From Selaginella moellendorffii (taxonomy: Eukaryota; Plantae; Lycopodiophyta): DNA of 64,000 bases. The notes below the pieces were generated by a model. It was not told where the DNA came from, did not search any database, and saw only the letters and a list, made by a program, of their open reading frames with translations. The stretch lies in assembly GCF_000143415.4 (NCBI RefSeq), contig NW_003314341.1, positions 832,394 to 896,393 of the forward strand. Reading direction: 5' to 3'. Both the position numbers and the translations under genes were made by a program. Positions 14,001 to 23,915 of the stretch are shown here, in pieces (positions within the stretch are counted from its first letter, which is position 1; each line of letters starts with the position of its first letter).

Positions 14001-15516
14001 AAGGACTGGGCCATCCATCCATGAGTGATCATTCCAGATCCACTCCTTAGCATCCTTAGGATGCTCACAGACATGGGGAATAGCCTTCCCCAATATCCCT
14101 TTTCCAGTCTTCACCAAGTCCCTTTCTACCCATGGCTGTGTTCGCCAACACTGCCACTGGATCGAGGCTCACAGGCCCGACCACTAAGTCCCACGGTCCT
14201 CTGGGACTTCCTCACCACTCGACTGTATCCTTAGTCACTACACCAGAGGACTACTCCTCTTCCTTTCCACAGTCTAGGCCTTTGGGACAACATTTCGGAA
14301 CACCATGGCCTTACGCAGGCCTCATGGGTACTCTCCCCGCCTTCCGCCTTTGGGTGCTCTAGCCATGGGCTTAGAGCGAGGTTCCGTTGAGCCACACCAG
14401 GTATCCAAGTAGGTAGTGCCACCCAAACTTGAACTGGGAGCATCGACCATTCGATCTCCCAGGGGAACTAGAGCCGGCTCTTGAACACTTCACCAAGCTA
14501 CCCCGCTTGTCGGTCTATATTCACTCTAGTCTTGGACTTCCCAGTGGCCAGTTCATCACCCAACACTGGGTATGGCCTTCTTGGGCCAAACTAGCCTTTC
14601 CTGGGCTAAACTGGCCTTTCTTGGGCCAAACTGGCCCTTCCTGGCCAAACTGGCTCCATTGGGCTCTAACCCCCACACTCTCCCTACTATATTTTTGGAA
14701 CCCCCCGCAACCCACCCCCCCCCCCCCCCCGGGGGACGATCGCTTTGGGCTTTGAACTGCCTGTATTAGTATTCGAACTCGGACTCGGACTCGGTCTCAG
14801 TCCCGGTTTCGGACTCGGACTTGGTCTCGGTCTTGGTCTTGGTCTCGGTCTCGGTCTCGGTCTCGGTTCCATCTCGGACTCCATCTCGGGTCCATCTCGG
14901 ACTCCATCTCGGGTCCATCTCGGAGTCCATCTCAGACTCCATCTCGGGCTCCATCTCGGGTCCATCTCGGGTCCCTCTCAGACTCCATCTCGGGTCCATC
15001 TCAGACTCCATCTCGGACTCCATCTCGGGTCCATCTCGGACTCCATCTCGGACTCCATCTCGGGTCCATCTCGGGTCCATCTCGGACTCCATCTCAGGTC
15101 CATCTTGGGTCCCTCTCAGACTCCATCTCGGGTCCATCTCAGACTCCATCTTGGACTCCATCTCGGGTCCATCTCGGACTCCATCTCGGACTCCATCTCG
15201 GGTCCATCTCGAGTCCATCTCGGGTCCATCTCGGACTCCATCTCGAGTCCATCTCGGACTCCATCTCGGGTCCATCTCGGACTCCATCTCGGGTCCATCT
15301 CGGGTCCATCTTGGGTCCCTTTTTGGAGCCTTGCCTATTGCTCGCTTTGTGCTAGTTCCTCAAGCCCTTTGTTAGGAGTTCCACTCCCACTCTCGACCTT
15401 TTCACGTCGGAGCTTTTTAGTCCAAACGTTTTACGCTCGTTTGGTTTTCGCTTCAGCCACCAACACATTGCACCCTTCTGGCTCCACTTTGGGGCCTAGG
15501 GATTTTGTGTCTCACA
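8074..15516 (-). mobile_element. Complete family B non-autonomous LTR element (LARD-like) inserted in RNase H of the reverse A element
   Basis: LTRs 8074-9655 and 13708-15516; TSD CCTTG (8069-8073 / 15517-15521); PBS rc gctctgatacca 13693-13704; PPT 9656-9667; ~4 kb internal region without a recognisable gag/pol ORF. Confidence 0.9.
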
Positions 15517-16324
15517 CCTTGTCCAACTTCTTCGAGAAGAACGCTACTGGATGGTTGTCTTGCTTCATAACTGCGCCCAACGCAAAGTCTAAAGCATCCG
15601 TTTCTACCTCAAAGTCCTTACCAATGTTTGGTAATGCCAGTATGGGAGCCTTCCTCAACTTCCCCTTGAGGTGGACGAATGCCGCCTCATTCAGATTATG
15701 GATGTGTTAAGGAAGATATTGTGGGTTGCACTATGAAATTTCTTTTTTAGCATTGAAGTTAGTTCATACAAAGTGTAAGCCACAAATTTTTCCTTTCCAA
15801 TTTGCCAGCTTACCTCGTTGCCACATTGTCCGTGTAAACCTTGAAGTGTCTCCCAAGGTAGTGTCGCCACTCCTTGAGTGCCTTGACCACCGCAAACAAT
15901 TCCTTCTCATTGGCAGGCTACTTCTATTTAGCCTTGTCCAACTTCTTCAAGAAGAACGCTACTGGATGGTTGTCTTGCTTTAGAACTGCGCCCAACGCAA
16001 AGTCTGAAGCATCCGTTTCTACATCAAAGTCCTTACCAAAGTCTGGTAACGCCAGTACGGGAGCATTCCTCAACTTCCTCTTGAGGTGGACGAATGCTGC
16101 CTCGTTCAGACTATGGATGTGTTAAGGAAGATATTGTGGGTTGCACTATGAAATTTCTTTTTTAGCATTGAAGTTAATTCATGCAAAGTGTAAGCCACAA
16201 ATTTTTCCTTTCCAATTTGCCAGCTTACTTCATCTATTCGTCCAACACTGCCTTGGCTTTTGCTAAGTTCCCTCGCCAAGGTTCCCGCCTATGGTACCAG
16301 CTCCTACTTGGTCCTACTTGGTTT
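15517..16324. repeat. ~415-bp tandem duplication of RNase H fragment + host flank + A-LTR end
   Basis: 15517-15817 is similar to 15932-16231; both contain a copy of the ~4473-4600 flank/LTR junction (caaag|tgtaagcc at 15774 and 16189). Confidence 0.8.
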
Positions 16325-17474
16325 TGTAAGGAACCGACTCCCCGAGATGCCGTAGGCTAAAGGATCCCCAAAAGCTTGACCGAAATGACAAAGAGTTTAT
16401 CGGATGGGACCAAGTCGAGGATCGAGTCCAAGACCGACTCTAGGACCGAGTTCGAGATAGAGTCCGGAATCGAGTCCGAGACCGACTCGGGGACCGAGTT
16501 CGAGTCCGAGTTCGAGACCGAGTTCGAGACGGAGTCCGGATCCGAAATCGGGTCCGAGACCGAGTCCGAGGTCGAGTCCGAGGTCAGGTCCGAGATCGGG
16601 TCCGAGATCGAGTCCGTGATCGAGTCCGAACCCGAATCCGAAGTCGGATCCGAAATCGGGTCCGAGATCGAGCCAGAAACTAAGTCCAAATACTAATACG
16701 GGTCAAGGGGTGAAAGCCCAAAGCGTGCGTCTCCCAGGGGGGGGGGGGGGCTGCAGGGGGTTCCAAAAGTATAGTAGGGATAGTGAGGTCCAGGAACCAG
16801 TTTTGAAGGGACTCTCCAGTTGGGCTTCCAAACCGACTCGAGGTTGAGACTGGGACCGAGGGGCCTTGGGTGGGAGTGAGCATGGACTTGGCTGGTGCCG
16901 GAGGGGCCATCCAAGGAAGTGCTCAAGAGCAGCTCCCACTCCCGAAAGGGAAACCGGTTGCGGTGCTCCCGGCTCATGTGGAGTGGTGCCCCACTTGAGT
17001 ACCATGCGGCTCATTGGTCCTCGCCCTTCCTAGGGGCTTGGGCCTTCCTTCGGGATGGAAGTGGGGGGCGAGAGGTACCCATACCGGGCCGCTAGGCCAC
17101 GGTGTTTCGCCCCGGCATCCCGAAGCAAGTGTTGCACTCAAGACTTGGGATTTAGAGGGTCCCATGATCAAGTCTTGTGGTACCAAGGGATGTTAGGAAC
17201 CTGGAAGCTTGGTGTGCTTGGCTGCTTGTGCTTGCGGGGAGTGTAGCCGAACCTTAAGTCCAGTCCAACCCGGGGAGGGGGATTGGGAGTGATTTGGGAA
17301 TCCGTGGAAGGATGGCTAACACCCCGTTGCTCGTGCAGTGAGTAGCTGAAACCAAGTAGGAGCTGGTACCATAGGCGAGAACCTTGGCGAGGGGACTTAG
17401 CAAAAGCCAAGGCAGTGTTGGACGGATAGACAAGGTAAGCTGGCAAATTGGAAAGGAAAAATTTGTGGCTTACA
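16325..17474 (+). repeat. 5' LTR, family A
   Basis: TGTAAG...CTTACA inverted termini; GAGTCC/GAGACC hexamer array near the 5' end; poly-G tract. Confidence 0.95.
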
Positions 17475-17477
17475 ATT

Positions 17478-17490
17478 TGGTATCGGAGCC
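17478..17490 (+). promoter_or_regulatory. Primer binding site (tRNA-iMet type)
   Basis: TGGTATCGGAGCC three nt after the LTR end; one mismatch from plant TGGTATCAGAGC. Confidence 0.9.
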
Positions 17491-17533
17491 TTTATCTCAG
17501 TTCTAGCGAAGGATAGAGGCGGATTGCTGGGAG

Positions 17534-18967
17534 ATGGCAAGGGCAGGGCGTAAGCGAACCCAGGCGGAGACGGAACCTCCGCCGGAGCTGGAGCCTCTGG
17601 TTGAACAAGAGGCTATGGATGAGGAATCCTTGCATGAGGAGGACTCTAGTGAGGAAACTTCCAAACAGGAGTCCGGTGGCGAGGTTCGGTCGTCCAAGGC
17701 TCGATTGGACGTGCTAGAAGGACAGTTGGCACAGACCAATGCCCTGCTAGAGACTCTCGTACGCAAGTTAAAACGTGACGAGAAGCGGAAGAAAAAGCGA
17801 AAGACTGCGGATGAAGGCAGCGCAGAAGGTGCGGACCCTTCGGCAGGGACTGAGGCAAAACCAGACAAGGTCGAACAGACCGAAGTGGAATCAGTCCCTC
17901 AGGCAGTTCCCAAGTACAAACCAAAGCCCCCACCGGTGTTCAAGGGAGTGAACGACTATAAGGTTGTGGAGGATTGGTTTTACGATATGGAGGACTACTT
18001 CCGAGCGTTACGGTTACCGAGCTCGGAGAAGGTCCCATGTGCAAAACCATACTTGGCAGATAATGCCAAGTCTTGGTGGAGAACAACGGAGGCCAACGAA
18101 GGACCGGTGGCCACCTGGGACATGATGAAGGCGAGGATCCGCGCGACATACGTTCCTCCGAATGCCACTCTGCATCTGAGAGATGAGCTGAGTAGGCTGA
18201 AGCAGACTGGAACCATCCAAGAATATGTGAATGGGTTCATTGCAAAGAGGATACTTGTCACGGACATGGGGGATATGGATGCGTTCCATGCCTTTATATC
18301 AGGTTTGCAAACCTGGGCTCGCGGTGAGGTGATGCGCTGGAACCCGACCAACTACAAGGAAGCGTTGGATGCGGCCATCAAGGTGCATTTCAACGATAAC
18401 CTGCGAAAGGGGAACACGACGGGGTCGGGATCCACGTTTCACAAAGGGGCCAAACCGAGGGGAACATATAGCAGGGGGAAATTCAAGAAGAGTTTCTCTA
18501 AGAATGAGTCCTCGGGATTCCAGAAAGGCAAATCCGGTGGCCAGCGAGCAAGTACGTGGGGGAGTCAAGCGAAAAGAGACAAACCCACGGATAAGAAGGT
18601 CAAGTCATATAGCAGCGTGGGAAACAACGTATGCTACAACTGCGGTGAAGCGGGACACTTTTCGAGGGAATGTCCCTACCCGAAGAAGGCCAGAGCCAAT
18701 ATGGCCATCAAGTCGGGTGAAGTCCAAAATGAGGTATGTGATCCAGTCCCTAACTCAAAGTTACTCATTACACGAGCAACTTTGGTAGAGAGTCGTTCGC
18801 GACATCTACTAGCCCTCCGAGGGAAGCTCGAAGGTAGCTTTGTTAAGATCCTTATTGACACGGGTGCTTCGGATAATTTTGTGGCTGCAGACATAGTCCG
18901 GCAAGCCGGACTAATGGTGCAGCGGTTAGGCGAACCAAGGACTATAGAGTTTGTTCAAGGTAGCTAA
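17534..18967 (+). CDS. gag: Gag (retrotransposon gag domain, CCHC knuckle) plus N-terminal part of aspartic protease
   Basis: CYNCGEAGHFSREC knuckle; LIDTGASDNFV protease motif. In-frame TAA at 18965-18967, after which the same frame continues into pol. Confidence 0.93.
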   Translation: MARAGRKRTQAETEPPPELEPLVEQEAMDEESLHEEDSSEETSKQESGGEVRSSKARLDVLEGQLAQTNALLETLVRKLKRDEKRKKKRKTADEGSAEGADPSAGTEAKPDKVEQTEVESVPQAVPKYKPKPPPVFKGVNDYKVVEDWFYDMEDYFRALRLPSSEKVPCAKPYLADNAKSWWRTTEANEGPVATWDMMKARIRATYVPPNATLHLRDELSRLKQTGTIQEYVNGFIAKRILVTDMGDMDAFHAFISGLQTWARGEVMRWNPTNYKEALDAAIKVHFNDNLRKGNTTGSGSTFHKGAKPRGTYSRGKFKKSFSKNESSGFQKGKSGGQRASTWGSQAKRDKPTDKKVKSYSSVGNNVCYNCGEAGHFSRECPYPKKARANMAIKSGEVQNEVCDPVPNSKLLITRATLVESRSRHLLALRGKLEGSFVKILIDTGASDNFVAADIVRQAGLMVQRLGEPRTIEFVQGS

Positions 18968-21900
18968 AGCACCGATGAGGTACTTCGACAAGCGAGAGTC
19001 GAAGTGGGGACATGGAAAGTGGACATGGATTTCACCGTCTTGGACATGGCGGGATTTGACGTGATCTTCGGAATGGATTGGTTTAATCGGTTCGTGGTAG
19101 CCCTGCATGGACAAGGTAGGAACCTTGTGGTATTGGCGAATGCCCAAGGAAGAAGATCTAGGGTGGAGGCCCAGGATCTAAAGGTAGGGCAAAGCAAGGC
19201 CAAAGAGTCATGCTTAAACCTGGTGTCCACGAGAGGACAACTCACTAAAGGAACTAAGGCAGCCTTTTTGTGCTTACTCTCGGTGAAGAGTGACAAAAAG
19301 ACAAGAACGGAAGAAGTACCTTTAGTGATCCAGCAGGTGCTGAACCAATTCCAGGATACGATGCCGGAGGAGCTACCGGCGGGGTTGCCCCCCGCACGAC
19401 CGATAGAACATAAGATTGAGCTAGTCGAGGGTGCTGAGGCGGTGGTTCGTCCACCCTATCGATTGAACGAAAAAGAACTCAAGGAGCTCAAGAGCCAACT
19501 AGAGGAGTTGGTGGACAAAGGGTATGTTAGGTTGAGCAAGTCGCCGTATGGGGCGCCGGTGCTATTTGTGAAAAAGAAAGATGGATCTATGCGCATGTGC
19601 ATAGACTACCGGTTGCTCAACAAGTATACCAAGAAGAACAAGTACCCTTTGCCAAGGATCGAGGACCTGTTCGATAGGTTGGGAAAGGCAAAATACTTCT
19701 CGAGGATTGACCTAAGGTCAGGATACTACCAGATCAGGGTAGCTGAGGAAGATGTCGAGAAGACAACCTGTCGAACGAGGTATGGGAGCTTTGAGTTTCT
19801 GGTGATGCCCTTTGGGCTGTGCAATGCACCGGCAACGTTTTCGGCGTTGATGAACCACATCTTTGTACCCTATCTGGATCACTTCGTGGTCGTCTATATT
19901 GACGACATCCTGATCTATAGCGAGACGCTAGAGGAGCATGCCGAACACTTGGCGAAGGTGTTTGAGAAACTAAGGGAACACAAACTGTATGCTAAAGAGA
20001 GCAAATGTGACTTTGCTCAACAAGAGGTAAAGTTTCTCGGGCATGTGGTGGGCCAGGACGGGCTCAAGGTGGACGCGGAGAAGGTCCAAGCGATCCAAGA
20101 TTGGGAGCGACCATCGAATGTACATGAGTTGAGGGCATTCCTGGGGCTATGCAACTACTATCGAAAGTTTATCAGACACTATTCGAGAGTAGCCCTGCCC
20201 TTAACGGACCAAACAGGAAAAGGGAAGATGGTATGGACAGCAGAATGCGAGGCGGCATTCGTCCACCTCAAAGGGAAGTTGAGGAAGGCTCCCGTATTGG
20301 CATTGCCAGACTTTGGTAAGGACTTTGAGGTAGAAACGGATGCTTCGGACTTTGCGTTGGGCGCAGTTCTGAAGCAAGACAACCATCCGGTAGCGTTCTT
20401 CTTGAAGAAGCTGGACAAGGCCCAACGGAAGTGGCCTGCCCACGAGAAGGAATTGTTTGCGGTGGTCAAGGCACTCAAGGAGTGGCGACACTACCTTGGG
20501 AGACACTTCAAGGTTTACACGGACAATGTGGCAACGAAACACTTCTTGTCACAGCCCGACCTAAGAGGGAAACAAGGTCGGTGGGCCAATGCCTTGGCCG
20601 AGTTTGATTGCGAAATTCTGTACAAGCCTGGGAAGAGCAACATCGTGGCGGATGCGCTAAGTCGAAAAGCGAGCTTGAAGTTGGCAATATCCAGCGCAAC
20701 AGCAACCTTCTGGGACGATGTACGGACAGCATATGAGAACGATGGTCTAGCACAGGAAGTGTTGCTGAGGAATCTAGAGGCGCGGGAAGCTCACCAGAGA
20801 GGTGAGCTGCCAACGGAAGAGAAAACGGGCTATGCAGAACGCAACGGACTCATTTATTACAAGCAAATGAGGGTGTATGTTCCAGAAGGGGAACTAAGGA
20901 AGGTGGCCTTAGAAGAGTGTCATGACGGACCTCTTGCGGGACACGGTGGAGTGCCCAAGACGATGGGCTTACTCAAAAGGAAGTACCATTGGCCAGATAT
21001 GGCTAAGGACGTCCAAGACTATGTAAAGACATGTCCAACATGTCAGCAGGTAAAAGCCGTGACCAAGGCTAGTGGGGGCTTGTTGCAAAGCATCCCAATT
21101 CCAGATCGCCCGTGGAAATGTCTTACAATGGACTTCATCACGGGACTCCCCCCAAGTGAGGGGTTTGATGCGATATTTGTGGTGGTGGACCGATTTTTGA
21201 AAATGGCACACTTCATACCCACCACAACAGAGGTGGATGCGGAAGGTGTGGCAAAGCTGTTCTTCGAACAAGTGGTTCGAGTGCGGGGAAGACCGGAAGA
21301 GATCATCTCAGATCGAGATAAGATCTTCACCAGTAGGTTCTGGAGGACTCTCCTGGAACAGTATCGCACCAAGTTGAAATTCAGCACAGCCTATCACCCA
21401 CAGACAGGTATGGGGTATTGAGTCAAGTTGTTGGCCCTAACACTTCTTGACAGACGGACAAACGGAAAGGGTGAATAGGCAGCTGGAGGATTATTTGCGA
21501 TGCTATGTCTCGGGAGACCAGACGGATTGGGTAAGTCATTTGGGACTTGCGGAAATGTGTTATAACAACTCACCACATTCGAATATCGGGGTGAGTCCAT
21601 GGGAAGTCATCAATGGGCGAGCTATTGAAGGTCCTGTGGAACTCGGCGTGGCCGAGTATCATGGAGAGTTGCCCGCAGTGGAGGCATTCACGGCGGAAAG
21701 ACTCAGCATTTGGAATCTAGTGAGGGATTCCTTGGAACGGGCTCAACAAAAGCAAACCAAATACGCGAACCAGAAGCGTCGGGATGTAGAGTTCCAAGCT
21801 GGGGAGAAGGTGTGGCTGAACACCAAAAACCTCAGACTACCAAGTGGGATCAGCCGAAAGTTGACCCAAAGGTAAAGATGCATGTATTCCTATAAATGAA

Positions 21901-22305
21901 TTGATCTTGAGTTCCTTAAGCAGGTTCGCGGGGCCTTACGAGATTGAGGCACGAATCGGTAAAGTGGCTTACCGACTCCGACTTCCTCGAGAGATGGGGA
22001 AGATGCACCCAGTGTTCCACGTGAACTTACTCAAGCCGTACTTTGAGGATCCGCTTCGCAAGGACCAAGTGAGACCTTTACCTGAGGTTATCCAAGGGGA
22101 AGAGGAATATGAAGTCGAAGCCATCCTCAATGCGCGCAAGAGCAAGCGACAAGGACGCGAGGTGAGAGAGTTCCATGTGAAGTGGAAAGGATTTCCACAC
22201 TGCGAAGCAACATGGGAACCGGAGGAGAACCTAGCAAACGCGCGAGATCTAGTGGAGGAATTTCTGCAAGGCAGAACTCTATGTACTTATGCAAAATTCA
22301 ATTAA
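18968..22305 (+). CDS. pol: Pol: rest of protease, RT, RNase H, integrase and chromodomain; exons 18968-21407, 21454-21871, 21924-22305
   Basis: [11 protein letters not shown]; RNase H ETDASD / EKELFAVV / YTDN; [19 protein letters not shown]. Removing the introns restores [12 protein letters not shown] and KLTQR-FAGPY. Chromodomain [25 protein letters not shown]. Confidence 0.93.
21408..21453 (+). other. 46-nt spliceosomal-type intron in the integrase core
   Basis: G|GTATGG...CTAAC...TTGACAG|AC; contains a stop and shifts frame; homologous 47-nt intron at 7035-7081 (-). Confidence 0.85.
21872..21923 (+). other. 52-nt spliceosomal-type intron before the GPY motif of integrase
   Basis: AG|GTAAAG...TTAAGCAG|G; AT-rich; homologous 53-nt intron at 6564-6616 (-) ending in TAG. 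Confidence 0.85.
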
Positions 22306-22400
22306 AAATATCAATTTGCAAAGTTGAGCAAGTGGCATATGTTGGGACCCGAAGGCGCGCCAAAGGTAAGCTAATTAGCATGGGTTGGATAGGTCGACCA

Positions 22401-22630
22401 GGCGTAGGGCACTACGCCCGACTCCCCGCGGGGATGTCGAATCCGTAGACGTATTCTACGGAGGTTGGGTTCGAGTCCCAACCCCCTAGTAAAGCAAGGC
22501 TGGGTTCAAGTCCCGACCCTATACTAGGGCGTGGTGAAGTGAGGAGTATAGGGACACCTATATTCCGTTGTCATGGGCTCTTGGCCGGGGAGGCTAACTT
22601 AGGCACACCGCTAAGTGGGGGGATGCCCCC
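22401..22630 (+). other. Candidate structured RNA element in the 3' UTR (five hairpins, two with T-loop-like loops, plus a downstream module)
   Basis: Stems at 22401-18, 22419-39, 22442-62, 22463-83 and 22484-529; homologues with compensatory changes in family B at ~10840-11235 and ~42880-43272. Confidence 0.65.
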
Positions 22631-22696
22631 GGAGACATGGACAACAAGTCGTAGCATAAAACGAGACGTTCGATGTGGGCATCGAACTTCTTCTAT

Positions 22697-22708
22697 GGGT
22701 GGTGGAGT
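22697..22708 (+). promoter_or_regulatory. Polypurine tract
   Basis: GGGTGGTGGAGT immediately before the 3' LTR; identical in family B (9656-9667, reverse). Confidence 0.8.
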
Positions 22709-23856
22709 TGTAAGGAACCGACTCCCCGAGATGCCGTAGGCTAAAGGATCCCCAAAAGCTTGACCGAAATGACAAAGAGTTTATCGGATGGGACCAAGTC
22801 GAGGATCGAGTCCAAGACCGACTCTAGGACCGAGTTTGAGATAGAGTCCGGAATCGAGTCCGAGACTGACTCGGGGACCGAGTTCGAGTCCGAGTTCGAG
22901 ACCGAGTTCGAGACGGAGTCCGGATCCGAAATCGGGTCCGAGACCGAGTCCGAGGTCGAGTCCGAGGTCAGGTCTGAGATCGGGTCCGAGATCGAGTCCG
23001 TGATCGAGTCCGAACCCGAATCCGAAGTCGGATCCGAAATCGGGTCCGAGATCGAGCCAGAAACTAAGTCCAAATACTAATACGGGTCAAGGGGTGAAAG
23101 CCCAAAGCGTGCGTCTCCCAGGGGGGGGGGGGCTGCAGGGGGTTCCAAAAGTATAGTAGGGATAGTGAGGTCCAGGAACCAGTTTTGAAGGGACTCTCCA
23201 GTTGGGCTTCCAAACCGACTCGAGGTTGAGACTGGGACCGAGGGGCCTTGGGTGGGAGTGAGCATGGACTTGGCTGGTGCCGGAGGGGCCATCCAAGGAA
23301 GTGCTCAAGAGCAGCTCCCACTCCCGAAAGGGAAACCGATTGCGGTGCTCCCGGCTCATGTGGAGTGGTGCCCCACTTGAGTACCATGCGGCTCATTGGT
23401 CCTCGCCCTTCCTAGGGGCTTGGGCCTTCCTTCGGGATGGAAGTGGGGGGCGAGAGGTACCCATACCGGGCCGCTAGGCCACGGTGTTTCGCCCCGGCAT
23501 CCCGAAGCAAGTGTTGCACTCAAGACTTGGGATTTAGAGGGTCCCATGATCAAGTCTTGTGGTACCAAGGGATGTTAGGAACCTGGAAGCTTGGTGTGCT
23601 TGGCTGCTTGTGCTTGCGGGGAGTGTAGCCGAACCTTAAGTCCAGTCCAACCCGGGGAGGGGGATTGGGAGTGATTTGGGAATCCGTGGAAGGATGGCTA
23701 ACACCCCGTTGCTCGTGCAGTGAGTAGCTGAAACCAAGTAGGAGCTGGTACCATAGGCGAGAACCTTGGCGAGGGGACTTAGCAAAAGCCAAGGCAGTGT
23801 TGGACGGATAGACAAGGTAAGCTGGCAAATTGGAAAGGAAAAATTTGTGGCTTACA
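22709..23856 (+). repeat. Shared 3'/5' LTR, family A
   Basis: Copy of 16325-17474 with about four visible substitutions and a shorter poly-G; followed by a second PBS and gag. Confidence 0.95.
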
Positions 23857-23915
23857 ATTTGGTATCGGAGCCTTTATCTCAGTTCTAGCGAAGGATAGAG
23901 GCGGATTGCTGGGAG

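Larger units (their letters stand above)
16325..23856 (+). mobile_element. Near-intact Ty3/Gypsy chromovirus LTR retrotransposon (family A)
   Basis: Nearly identical LTRs 16325-17474 and 22709-23856; PBS; gag-PR-RT-RH-IN-chromodomain order; PPT. Confidence 0.97.

Noticed and set aside
14870-15310. CRISPR-like array
   Set aside because: Head-to-tail repeats without unique spacers, in a eukaryotic LTR.
16376-16696. 106-aa E/S-rich ORF in the A LTR
   Set aside because: Translation of the hexamer array, non-ATG start, no domain.
18965-18967. TAA as a programmed gag-pol read-through codon
   Set aside because: It lies inside the protease after the DTG motif and lacks a typical read-through context; a point mutation (e.g. 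CAA>TAA) is simpler. The second copy is lost in the gap, so it cannot be compared.
22463-22520. tRNA gene, or hammerhead/HDV/twister ribozyme
   Set aside because: Only T-arm-like hairpins; no cloverleaf acceptor or anticodon arms, and I could not fit a ribozyme core by eye.
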